NCBI GenBank assembly: GCA_028534125.1
Contig: CM052817.1
Coordinates: 84,942,001-85,006,000, forward strand
Direction of reading: 5' to 3'
Length of the DNA stretch: 64,000 bases
Source: Lama glama
Taxonomy: Eukaryota
The translations under genes were made by a program, and so were the position numbers. Below, piece after piece: positions 53,152 through 64,000 of the stretch; position 1 is the first letter of the stretch; every line of letters starts with the position of its first letter. The notes under the pieces are model-generated. The model saw nothing but the letters and a program-made list of their open reading frames with translations. It was not told the origin of the DNA and searched no databases.

Positions 53152-53889
53152 CTGATTTTGAAGAGTTTGCATAAAGCTGCAAGGGAAGGGGAGAACTTAG
53201 CAGAAGAGGAAATATCATTCATTTAACACAAATCATTATGCTCAATGTTTTTAAATGTATTAATACCTCAAAGTTCTTAAAAATTAAAAACAGGTATGAT
53301 CAAACTAATGTTCAGAAAAAGTATGTAACTTATTCAAGATTACATACATAGCTATCAACAGAACTGGGATCTGAACTCAAAAAGTTTTAGTGTTTTCTAC
53401 TCTACATTATTGGTTTTATTCATGCCAGAAGCTTAGGAAATAATTAAGGAGAAGTGGGAGGCACTATGGATTTCTTTGGTAGGAATCCATGAATTATTCT
53501 TGGGACATCTCATAATGGTGAATCTATGGTGAGTTGTTGATGTCTCATCACTTTCAGAAGCTCACCTAATACTGTTACTCCAGATCCCATGTCAGCAATA
53601 TGAGACTTGTTTTTATTATTCCACCAGTTATGGTCTTATCATTCGGTATTCTGAACTCAGTTCAGAGGTATTTATGAATTTATCCATTATTGAATCATTG
53701 AAGGCTTCTGTCCTAGGGATGTATGAATAAATACAGTGACACCTAGTGAGAGTAAGAGAAAGGTGTTGAAGATGTTGATCACCATCCTGAAAAATCTGAT
53801 TCAGAATTCTGTGAGGCTAAAGATGAGAAGGGCCCTGCTATACAGTGCTAGTTGCAAATCTTCTTTGACTAAAATAATGAAAGGTCATT

Positions 53890-54105
53890 CACATAATACA
53901 CTTGTTATGTGTCAGCCACTGTTCTGTGTGATTTATATTTTTTAACTCAGAACTACCAACTATTCAGAGATGAATTCTTCTTCTTCAGTTTTATTTAGGA
54001 ATTTGAGGCCCAGAGAGTGCCCAAGATCACATAAATAATTAGCTGAGTTGAGATTTGAACCCAGGCAGTCTAGTTCTAGGGGCTCTGATTGTAACCATGG
54101 TGCTG
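53890..54105 (-). mobile_element. MIR SINE
   Basis: tgaggcccagagag-tgcccaagatcaca...gatttgaacccaggcagtct. Confidence 0.85.
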
Positions 54106-54378
54106 GGCTTTTGAATGACATTTTAAAGTATCTTTTATGATTCTTTGAATATAAATTTTATTTTTAGAAGCTGTTGCTGTTTGTCATTAAACTCTTTGTT
54201 TTCACCCTTGCTAAGGATCATCACTAGGAAAGATGTGCTGTACACTGTATTTCAATTCTCTTGGATAACAGCAAGATATCATTTGTTTCTAAATAAAGAC
54301 AGTTGAATTTCAAAGACATTTTGCTTCATTTTATGTTCTATTATTTTTATCATTTTGTGTATATGTTTCCATAACCAT

Positions 54379-54882
54379 TGATCAAGATAACCTTAATGGT
54401 CCTTCAGCTTGACTAAAGTATAAATAGGCTTCTTCCTGACTGTAGGCCCCTAAACGCCTTTTTCTTAGAGCATTTACTTAAAAACCTTTGTAATTGTGTT
54501 TTCTCTGCCAGTTTTACAACCTAAGAATATCTTCCTCAAGTATCTGGGAAGCATCTTTTTGAAATGTCATCAGAGGAGACAGAACCCCCATCTCTGTGTC
54601 TCCGTTCGAGCCTAACTTTGGTGGGTGTCTTGCTACAAATTCGTAAAACTACCTCCTGTCAAAAAGGTAAGACAATTTTCCTCTCTCCTCTGGTAAAGCC
54701 AATGAACAAACACAGGTGGCCTATGATCTCCCTCTCACTGCAGCCTTTAAAAACTCTACTACTCTTTGTGTCAGTGCAGTTGAGTTCAGACTTAAATCTG
54801 GCTTCTTTCATCTATTCCAATAACCCTGAATAAAGTGTTCTTTGCCTGTCTCAATTTTTCTGTTGCAATTTTTGCTTTGACA
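54379..54882 (+). mobile_element. ERV1 solo LTR (MER67-like), 504 bp
   Basis: TG(54379)...CA(54882), perfect 4-bp TSD CCAT (54375-54378 and 54883-54886), CCAAT, tttaaaaa TATA-like element and AATAAA in the expected order. Confidence 0.9.
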
Positions 54883-57064
54883 CCATAACTGTGGGAAAAA
54901 ACACACAACAAAATCAAGCTTTATATGTAGGCATTAGAGATCAGTGTTTCCTAGATCTTAATTCTTTACAAACATTCAAAACTGCAAGACTTTGGTGAAG
55001 AAGATCAAGTTTGTTATTTTATATTTTTTGAAAAAAGAAATTGGGCTTCAAAATACCCTTCGGTAAGCTCTTGTTTAACATCAAATGAAAAAACCTATTC
55101 TGGAGAATACAGTAAATTTCCCCCACTTTTAGTTGTGGGCTCAAGGTATTAAATCTCATTATAAAATTTGAGGAGGTAAAGGTCTGAAAGTATGGATACA
55201 TGTGGCCATATCATTAGGGGCTAGAGGCTGGGGGAATTTTAACTGTAACGATTATATAAACCAACAGAAGTTAAGAAAAAGATATTCAAAAGAGAACACT
55301 TGGGTTTAAAAGATAAAAAGTGCTTATTTTAGTCATATATTTCCTTAGGCAATAACATTTGGTCCATCCATTTGTTTGGAAGCAAGAACCGACAGGAGGA
55401 TGAGACAGATGCCTGAGGGAATTACTATTGTTTATAACCGCCCATGGTCATTTAAATATATTTAATGTAACTAAAAGAAAGGTTGTCAGCTATTCTGATT
55501 GCTACTTTTGTTTTATTAGAAAATTCTCTTGTGGTTTCCATTGAAGATTGACTGGAAATAACTTTACCCTTTTTTGTCCCTTTTCGAAAATTTCAGTTAT
55601 ACTCAGTTATTTATCAAGCATTTTCATAGGGATCTGGGATTTTTTCCTTCAGAAATAAAAAGGGCAGTATGCTCAAGTAGGGCACATTTTATTTTTTCCT
55701 TCAATGTGAAAAAAACCCAACACAATATTTGCATGTTTTTCAAATTGCTTTGTGTGCTTTCTGAAGCAGTGCTAAGCAAATCAGCACATTTATCTAAGGA
55801 GGAAATGATATCCTAAAATACATGGAGAAACCTAACTTGTTAAATAGCTTCTAGTGTTCATGAAAGAGCAAAACAAAAACCTACAATATATGTAAGACCA
55901 TAAATCAGTTAATCAAGTTAATGGCTTCCTTTAGGACATTCAAACAAATTTTAAAAGAACATTTAAGTATAAAAATTAAAAAGTGAATACACCAGGAAGA
56001 AAACATATATCATTTGAGCAGAATAGTTAACTTATTTTGGGAGGAACAAGGATAACAATAAATTCAACCCATCATATTTGATAAAATATTTTTCATGTAT
56101 CTGCTCTCAGGGGGTAAATATTTAAGTGAAACTGTATTTGCTCATAATCCCCATCAACTCCAAAACAGGTACTAATTGGCTTAATTTTTTTAACCTAGAA
56201 ATGGCCCCTTTTCAAGTTATATTGTGAAAGCTGTGTAGAATGTAGTTTAAAATGCGATATATGAGCACCATGAGGTGGCAACTTTTGACCAATCATTTTG
56301 GGTCTTATTTCTGGAATTGCTAACTCTGTATAGAGAACATAATGAGGGTGTGTTACTTCTTTTGTTAATTTTGGTAGCATACCACAGGGACTTTAATCAT
56401 TAATTCAAAGGAGGCACTTCCTGTGGAAAAATAAGCTTATTCTAGAGAAAATCCTTACAATCCTCCAAGCATTTTGGATGTGGGCACTTACTAGAGGTTC
56501 TGCCTGAAAGTGGCACTCGGGAGTGATTCTCTGCCAGAGCCACCCCTGCCTGCAGGGTTAGATCGAAAGCATCAACATCAACAGATTTCTCTTCATGCTC
56601 ACTGTTTGACAGTTTAGAATAGAAATATCTGCCAGCTGTTCCATTTCCTACCTTTCTTGATTTTGGTAAGGTGACAAACATAACAGATTTATCAACTTTT
56701 TTTTTTTGTATAGCTCAAATGTCAGAGTCAGCTTTCCAAATACAACCTCCCAAAAACCCCTCTTCCAAAAAAATAAAAAGACCAAAAACCCTAGCTTTTA
56801 AAAAATGTCAGGATTTCAAGCACACTGCACCTAATTTTTTAATAATGAAACTACCCACACAATTAAGCATAAACATAAGCTGCTTTTCCTTTTGGATGAC
56901 TGCAAGAGGAGAAAATACAATTACAGTGCTTCTTATTAAAATTGTAGAATATATGTATCTCCAGAATAAAAGGAGAAAGAAACAAAGAAAAACACTGCTT
57001 TGTAGATGAAATATAACTTGACAGGGGAAGGGGCTGAGGGGAAAGAGGAAAAGGCATTTATTGA

Positions 57065-57235
57065 CCACTTCACAATTTATTTCCTTTGTGACCTCAGACA
57101 TTTCCCACAACCTCTATGGCCTTTCATTTCCTATTTTAAAAGTAAGAATAATACTTGCTATTCCTATCTGAAAGGACTCAAATGAGGAATGATAAAGTTT
57201 TGCCTATTGTAAAGCACTGGTCAAGTGTAAAAGAT
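57065..57235 (+). mobile_element. MIR SINE
   Basis: ccacttcac...tgtgacctcagaca...aacctct...taaaagtaagaataatacttgc. Confidence 0.7.
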
Positions 57236-57305
57236 TACTTCTTTTTGAACTCATTGAATCTGTAATTTATAAAATAATCATTAAGCGTTCAACCATATTT
57301 TTACA

Positions 57306-57429
57306 GGGAAGGGTATAGCTCAAGTGATAGAGCACATGCTTAGCATGCACAAGGTCCTGGGTTCAATCCCCAGTACCTCGTCTAAAAGTAAATGAATAAA
57401 CCTAATTACCTCCCCCCTCAAAAAAAAAA
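57306..57429 (+). mobile_element. tRNA-Ala-derived camelid SINE (Vic-1 type)
   Basis: gggaagggtatagctcaagtgatagagcacatgcttagcatgcacaaggtcctgggttcaatccccagtacc plus polyA; 20-bp TSD with 2 mismatches at 57283-57302 and 57430-57449. Confidence 0.95.
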
Positions 57430-58839
57430 AAGAGTTCAACAATATTTTTCACTCTTTCACATACTTAACCTGGATTGTGGAATTTAGTTGAGTCCAACAG
57501 AATCTTGATTTGGAACTCTTGAGAGGGTCTAAGTTATTTTTGCTCATTGTAATAGGTCTCTGGTTACACTGCCTAACTCACCACCCTCCCCTAGTCTTTT
57601 CCGTATTCTTTCTCTTCCTGGCCAACTCTCCTGCAAGCACTGACAAAGTGCCAGACACCAAGGACCTTCTGTGTTTCCATCTAGGAATGCAGTGGAGAGA
57701 TCTGAATTAGTGTCTGGCTGGGCCAGTACCAAAGGATGGAGAATGGTGGGAAAGGAGGGAGATAATGAAATCTTTTAGTGACCCTACATTGGCTCTTGCT
57801 TCTTCTTGACAATGGACAATTGACTTCTGCAAGCAACCCCAGCATACAGGCTGCTTGTGAGAACAACCAGTTCTCTGGGTAGCTTCACATGCTTTGTAGC
57901 TATTATTTATTCTTAGAATATGCCTGAATGAGATCTGGAATGCTATGAATGCAAGATTTTGATTCAGAAGTCATGTGCAGGCTGAATCCCCTGTTCCTCT
58001 AAATCCTTAGTTGGAAGCTTTCTTTGTGAGGGTGCTGTTTGGGTTGTGGGTGTGGGTGGTAGCTTGTAGCTTCTCTCGCATGTTGAGAAAACCTCTCTGG
58101 AAAATGCAAGGAGGTCTCCACATTGTATGGGAAATGTAGTCAAGTCTAATGTGTCAGGGAAGTTGCCACTCTTTGCTCCAGTCACCATGACTGCCCAGGT
58201 GGCTCTGCCCCTTTATCTCTGCCCTGTCTAGACCAGACAGTGCATACCTTAAAACCAAAAAGACAAATCCAATATGTGTTTAGAAGAGGGCAGTGAGGCA
58301 CAGAATGATGCTAGGAGAGGAATGGTTGGATCATTGTGTCATTGTCTCCTGATCTGTATTATTTCCAGCCCCAGACATATGATACGGTGAGAGTGACCAG
58401 ATGGAGGTGACCCCATTGCCTCTAGGAGACTTGATTATCTGTTTTCCAGAAGCACAATAGCAACTCTTTTCTCACTAAGAGAAGCCATTACAAATTAAAA
58501 GACAATTCTCCCTTTAGTCTTCAGGAAACCTCTCTATAGAGGATCCCTGCATTCAGATGATGTTCAAAAAGCCAGGGACAATAATCCAGGGAGACAAATT
58601 CAATCATCTTAATGATCCCTGAATTATTTCAATTATCTAACCAACCCCTCAAATAAGACAGTGCTTCAAAGAGGTACAGACACATTAATCAGACATCCCA
58701 GCATGATAGCATTAGGACAGACTTTAGTCAAAAGTCTTCTAAAACAAGTAGTAATCTCTTAAAATAGCACTGTTGGCAAAAAGTTATCTGTATTTGACAC
58801 CCACAACCGCAGGGAGTGCACACGCTCTTGAGCTTTTGG

Positions 58840-59215
58840 TGTAGGAGAAAGCACTCCGCTTTGGGGTAAAAAGAGATGGGTTTCAACTCTGCCCTTTAGT
58901 ACTCTACTAACTGTGTGAAAGTAGGCTAGATAGTTTACCTTTGGCGTCCTGGTATATTTATAATGGAAGATGAAATATCTTTTTCACTCCAGTCATCTGA
59001 GCATGAAATGAGACAATGTGAATAAAGCATCAAAGAACATGCTTAATAATTGGTAGTTTTCTTCCCGGCCTTTTCATGGCTGGAATCTGCCTTCTGTCTT
59101 TAAGCACTGCCACAAATTATGTAACCTCTAGAAAAGTGCTGTTCCTCTCTGGGCCTTAATTCTTCGGATGTAAAATGAGAAACTTGGACTGATTGATTCA
59201 AAGGTCCCTCCAAGG
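58840..59215 (+). mobile_element. Two adjacent MIR/MIR3 remnants
   Basis: tgggtttcaactctgccc...ctaactgtgtga; and cctctctgggccttaattcttcggatgtaaaatgagaaacttggact. Confidence 0.7.
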
Positions 59216-59739
59216 ACATTTTTCACTAAAATATGAAACATCATGGTAGATTTCTGAAGACGTTACCTTCACTTTTGTTCCCTTATAGCCATCTGTTATC
59301 ATAGGCTTGGCTGGGCTAGACATAATTACTTTTTCCCTATGGAGTCAAGAAACAAACTAAATGGCAGTGTCCTTGAATAATTTATTTGACTCCTAGAATT
59401 AGTACATTATCATTGTTGCTGTGGAAGAAGTAATTTACATTTTGAAAGGGTATTTTACTTCTTTTATCTCTGAATGTATTTTAATCCTTTTACTACTTAG
59501 AAGACATGACTCCATTATTTTATGTCAGTACTTCCCATATCCTGTGATTTGGGTGGGGTCAGTTATTATCTTCAATGTCTGATGAGGTTAGTGTACTGGG
59601 ACTCTGAGTGCCTACATTTAGTTAATGAATTTGAAGCAGAGTCTCAGGAGCTTGCATACCGACCAGTACTGTATGAGCCCCTAAGCTTTTGTTTGCTTTC
59701 TGTTGTATGATCTGTGGAATAATATTTTATATACACATA

Positions 59740-59935
59740 GAGTATAACAATGAAGAGTAGGTGTCAGATTTGGAAATACATAGGTCTGCGGAAAGATATA
59801 TATTCTGTGATCAGCCATAGATTCATATCCAGACTTTATCACTTAACAGCACTTGACTTTGACTAGTCACTAGATATATCTGAATTTCAGTTTCTTTTTG
59901 TATAAAATGATATTAGATGAGAAGCTATTTGTTAA
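59740..59935 (+). mobile_element. MIR SINE
   Basis: attcatatccagactttatcacttaacagc...tctgaatttcagtttctttttgtataaaatga. Confidence 0.65.
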
Positions 59936-59964
59936 ATAATATTATTTTTATTATTGTTATTTAT

Positions 59965-60319
59965 AGAGGAAGGCAAATATTATATGATATCACTTATATG
60001 TGGTATCTATAAAAAAGACAAGTGAACTTATTTATAAAACAGAAACAGACTCACAGACACAGAAAATAAATTTATGGTTACCAAAGGGTAGATGAAGGGC
60101 AAGAGGTAAGGATTAGGAGTTTGGGATTAACAAACTACTATACATAAAATAGATAAGCAACAGGATATACTGTCTAGCACAGGGAACTTTATTCAATATC
60201 TTATAATAACCTATAATGAAAAAGAATCTGGGAAAAAAATATATGTAACTGAATCAGTTTGCTGTACACTGAAACTAACACAACATTGTAAATCAACTGT
60301 ACTTCAAATTAAAAAAAAA
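59965..60319 (+). mobile_element. Cetartiodactyl-type L1 3' UTR with polyA tail
   Basis: aaacagaaacagactcacagac...ttatggttaccaaaggg...ctagcacagggaact...ttgtaaatcaactgtacttcaaattaaaaaaaaa. Confidence 0.9.
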
Positions 60320-61379
60320 GTTATTTGTGAAAGTAGCTTTTAAATATTTCTCTATACCAATGCAATATGTTATTTTGATTAGTAAGATTATTTGATTGTT
60401 ATCTGTCAACTCCTGGGAACATAAGCTTAGAGAAAGTTATAAGGCAAGAGATGGTGACTAAGACATGTATGTTATAGAGTCATTGTAAATGAATATCAGT
60501 AGCTGAAAGTTGTTAGGATAAATGCCCTGGAGTTAGTAAAGAAATGGTGAAGAGAGCACAACACAGAATAAGAGGAAGCTCTGAAAATGGGTATGAGAAA
60601 CTCATTTTTAACTTTTGAATCCCTAGTCATAGTAAATATAGATGGTCAGTATGGTTATTTACCAACATTTTGGTTGTCATCATTCCAGAAACACTGTAGG
60701 GTTGCACTTCTTTGCTTTTTTGAAATCATATGTGGCTTGTGTCTTGCTTTTGCTAATGAAGTGTTATGATTATGATATGCATTTATATCTCAGATCATTT
60801 TCACTCCCTCAGCCTACCTATGAAAGTCATGAAAAATGAGCAAGGAACAAATGTGTGCTATCTTACAATATTTTATGGATATTTGTTAGTTCAACATAAC
60901 CTAGATTCTCCTGGCATGCAGAATAAATTACAGCACTGAACTCATCCAGAATCTCTGCCCTCTCATTTAAGTGAGGAGCCAAAAGCAAGGGTTGGGGTAG
61001 ATCTTAATCTGGGGGAGTATCAGGAGTGTGAGCATGAGAGACAATTGCACTCTGCAGAGAAAGGGCTGGTTCAGGGGCCAGTGCTGTGCTGCACTCAGCA
61101 GTGAAAGGTCAGTGAATGGCCCAGGTTCTGCCCACTGCCCAGTGACCACTCCTGTTTCCATTGATCCATTTCTATCCCATTACAGGTGTACAAGGCTAGT
61201 CCTTATACATTCATGTTAATGTGCTCAAGAAGAACCTCATAACCTTTTGAAGACTACACTTGTTACATAGCTAGGTAAATATTAAGGAACACAGAAATTA
61301 TGCTGAGGTGTTTTCACTTTAGTTAGATAAGGAAGATCATACCAGCAACACCCACAAGAGAGAAAGTGGTAGCTTTCAT

Positions 61380-61825
61380 TGATTACTTCCTTATGTATAT
61401 ACTTTAAGACCTTTCCATCCTACACTATCTTACCTCATTATCTTTCCAGTCTCATCTTATGCAATCCTCACTTTTTTTCCCCTTTTTTAAAAAAAACTTT
61501 TCTTCACCCAGTGAACTCGAGTGAATCCTTCTAATATTAGCTTAGTTCTCACTTTTCAGATGCCTTCCTTGACCTAAAGACATCAAATAATCATATTATT
61601 TACTCTCATAATTGTATGCATTGTTCCTTTGCAGCACTTACCATGATTGTTATTTTTACCTTAGTTTTGTAACTGCCTGATTAATGACTCTCTCTCCTAA
61701 GTCTATAAGCTATGTAGGGGGAGGAGGCTTTCCTCTGTGTTTAATCAGCTTTGCCTACTCTGACACTATTATAGTGCTTCACATGTGGGTGCCTTCAACA
61801 GATGTTTGTTAAATGAATAATGAAT
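61380..61825 (+). mobile_element. L2 3' end
   Basis: gatgccttccttgacc, ctataagcta, gatgtttgttaaatgaataatgaa. Confidence 0.75.
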
Positions 61826-61849
61826 GTAAGTCATGTAATGGTCATCTAA

Positions 61850-62030
61850 CTACTTGTCTTTTTCAACCATTCAAAAGCCCATGAGATAAGCAGCTGTGTA
61901 TTCATTTTTAAAATGAGGATTGGTTAAAGGATTTGCTCCAAATCAAACACTTCAACATGGTGGAGCCAGATTTTGAGTTCATGTTTATATGACTTCAAAG
62001 TCTGTGGTCTCTCCATTACATGCCTCTGCT
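61850..62030 (-). mobile_element. MIR SINE
   Basis: cattttttaaaatgagga-like core, ggtggagccagatttt, tgacttcaaagtctgtgg. Confidence 0.65.
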
Positions 62031-64000
62031 TCACCAGAGACTAAAAGAAGTGCTTTAATTTTGAGGGAGTTAATAATGCATGGGGTCTGAATTGAATATA
62101 ATTTTTTGCTGCTCTGCACTAGAAGAATTTTTTATTATCCAGCTGTAGCTTTGTGCCTTCATCTCCTATCAAGAAGAGGTAATTATCTTCATTAGCAGGC
62201 AACCCCTTTACTCCCATATAACTTTGATGGAGATGGTAAAAATCTATTTTCTTTACTTCTTGCTCCCTGTGTGAACCACTATCTTCAAAAGCTGTCAAAG
62301 TTTGCAACCAGATGGCCAGCTATTATTCACTCTTTAAGTTCCTCCGCAGCAATGCATCATCAGGTCCATCAGCAAACAGTAACATATGAAAACATATTGT
62401 CTCATCTTTAGTATCTCCAAATGTCACTTTCACATTTGTTATTCCACTCTTGTTCCTAATTAAAGAAAGCTCATTTCCAATTCTCCTGACTGATATCTAC
62501 CATTTTAATAATGCCCTTTATGTTTATCCTATTCATCATTGTCTTATTAACGCAGTTGTTTTCAAACACAATGTTAACTAACAAAGTCCTTTCTTGACTT
62601 TTCTTCAGGCTGTGATTATTTCTATTTGGCATCCTCTTCTATCTAATGCTGTCATACCACCCTGGACTGATATACAGTGACATCTGCCATCTGAAACTTG
62701 ATGGGCCTTTTTACCTTTTTAAGCTCTTTATCACACTTTATCCCTCTACTTCTGCTGCCAGTCTGAGTTTATATTTCCTGCAGCTCCCAGTCACTGTCCC
62801 CTTTTCCATCTTAACTTCCCTGCCTGTTTATCTCACATACTCAGCCTGCCCCACTCTTTGCTTAGGTTCGCTGAGGTCTAATACCTCTCGTGTCACTCAT
62901 TTTGCTCTCATATTCATTGAGCTTCTTAAGAAGATCAGCTCGTCTCTATGATTTAATATCAAGTTCTTAATTTTATACCTAAAAGATAATACTCAAAGAA
63001 AATCAATCTTACCTTCTCTGCTCTGTGTTTGAAAGGCATTTGATCCTATCACAGTAACATCTATTTGTATTTTGAATTTATTGCCATTTAAAATAAATTA
63101 AAATTTTGTCTTAGCTTATAATCAGATTACAGTAGCAGCATGAATCCACCTGACTTTAAAAAATCTGGGGAGAGCCATTTGCTTGAATAATAGGTCAACT
63201 CAAATAATATCATTTTGAATGTATATTGTAGTGCTGGTACCTGTATTTCTGTGATAATGACACTGCTTCTAAAAATTAAAAGATTTGACCATGAGAAAAA
63301 TTCCTTTAATAGGAACGTTAAATTCTGGGTAGTATGTAGCTTTTCTTTAAAGAGTGGATGGTAAGAAATAGGACGTATTTGCTTTCAGTCCTCAGAAAAC
63401 GGGACGAGAGGTGAAGGACTGAGTGTCAGGGTGGCCCTTATTATCACTCCTCTGGGCTTGTATTTTTTATGGGGCAGTCAGTGTCACAATATGGGACACT
63501 CAAAAATTTGGTAACAATGTCCTATTAAAGTCACAGAAATTAACTTGATTTAAATGCCAAACAGAATTTGTTTCTTTTCTAGGGATAAAATCAGGTCAAA
63601 ATGGATTCAGATTAGGGCCACTGAAAATGGGAAGATAGACCTAAATATATTTTACCTCTCATTTCTTTGCAAAATATTAGTGGAAAGCTCATTTCTATGA
63701 AAAATAAGTATATTTTCTATGGATACTGGTGAAATAAAACTAGAAGGCACTGATGAACTCAAGTAGAGGTGAGATGATCTTATTAAATACAACTTTGGTC
63801 AATACAGATTTAGCAGAATAATATTTATTTTTGGACTTTTTAAGTGGAAAGTAGTAGCATATGTAATTATACTAATAAAATATTTAATATAAGAACATAG
63901 CCTCACTGTTTTCTATATTGGTTAGTTCAAGCTGAAATTTGATCATGGGTGCAAATCAAATGTGAGTTCCACAATTTTAAAATTGGACAGTGATAAAATA

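Noticed and set aside
13420..60319. L1 strand bias as evidence of host-gene direction
   Set aside because: Large L1 pieces occur on both strands (minus at 15k, 25-30k, 47k; plus at 13k, 32k, 40k, 51k, 60k), so this is uninformative.
62305..62320. CTCF-like motif caaccagatggcca (also ccatgaggtggcaa near 56268)
   Set aside because: Mismatches at core positions; cannot be supported without a PWM score or ChIP data.
1..64000. Roughly 90 short ORFs of 60-130 aa in the ORF track
   Set aside because: They show low-complexity F/L/I/K-rich composition, many start at TTG/GTG or lie antisense to L1. Only L1 ORF2 fragments show recognisable homology, so no host CDS is called.
1..64000. CRISPR array, operon or other prokaryote-style novel system
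   Set aside because: The sequence is mammalian, with no regularly spaced repeats and no long ORFs.

Overview
AT-rich, CpG-depleted mammalian non-coding DNA, intergenic or within a large intron. Three tRNA-Ala(AGC)-derived SINEs of the Vic-1 type point to a camelid (alpaca/llama/camel), and a cetartiodactyl-type L1 3' end agrees. A large fraction of the window is decayed interspersed repeats: L1M blocks (some nested or internally deleted), L2, MIR, hAT-Charlie MER33/MER5/MER112-like elements, and MaLR/ERVL/ERV1 solo LTRs. I find no host protein-coding gene. The only ORFs with recognisable homology are L1 ORF2 fragments. The more interesting residue is several orphan exon-like segments with good splice sites (possible lncRNA or UTR exons on both strands), repeat-free enhancer-like blocks, a perfect 13-bp-arm hairpin and small tandem duplications. 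I see no evidence for a novel biological system. Repeat family names come from my recall of consensus sequences, not a search, and most boundaries are approximate.
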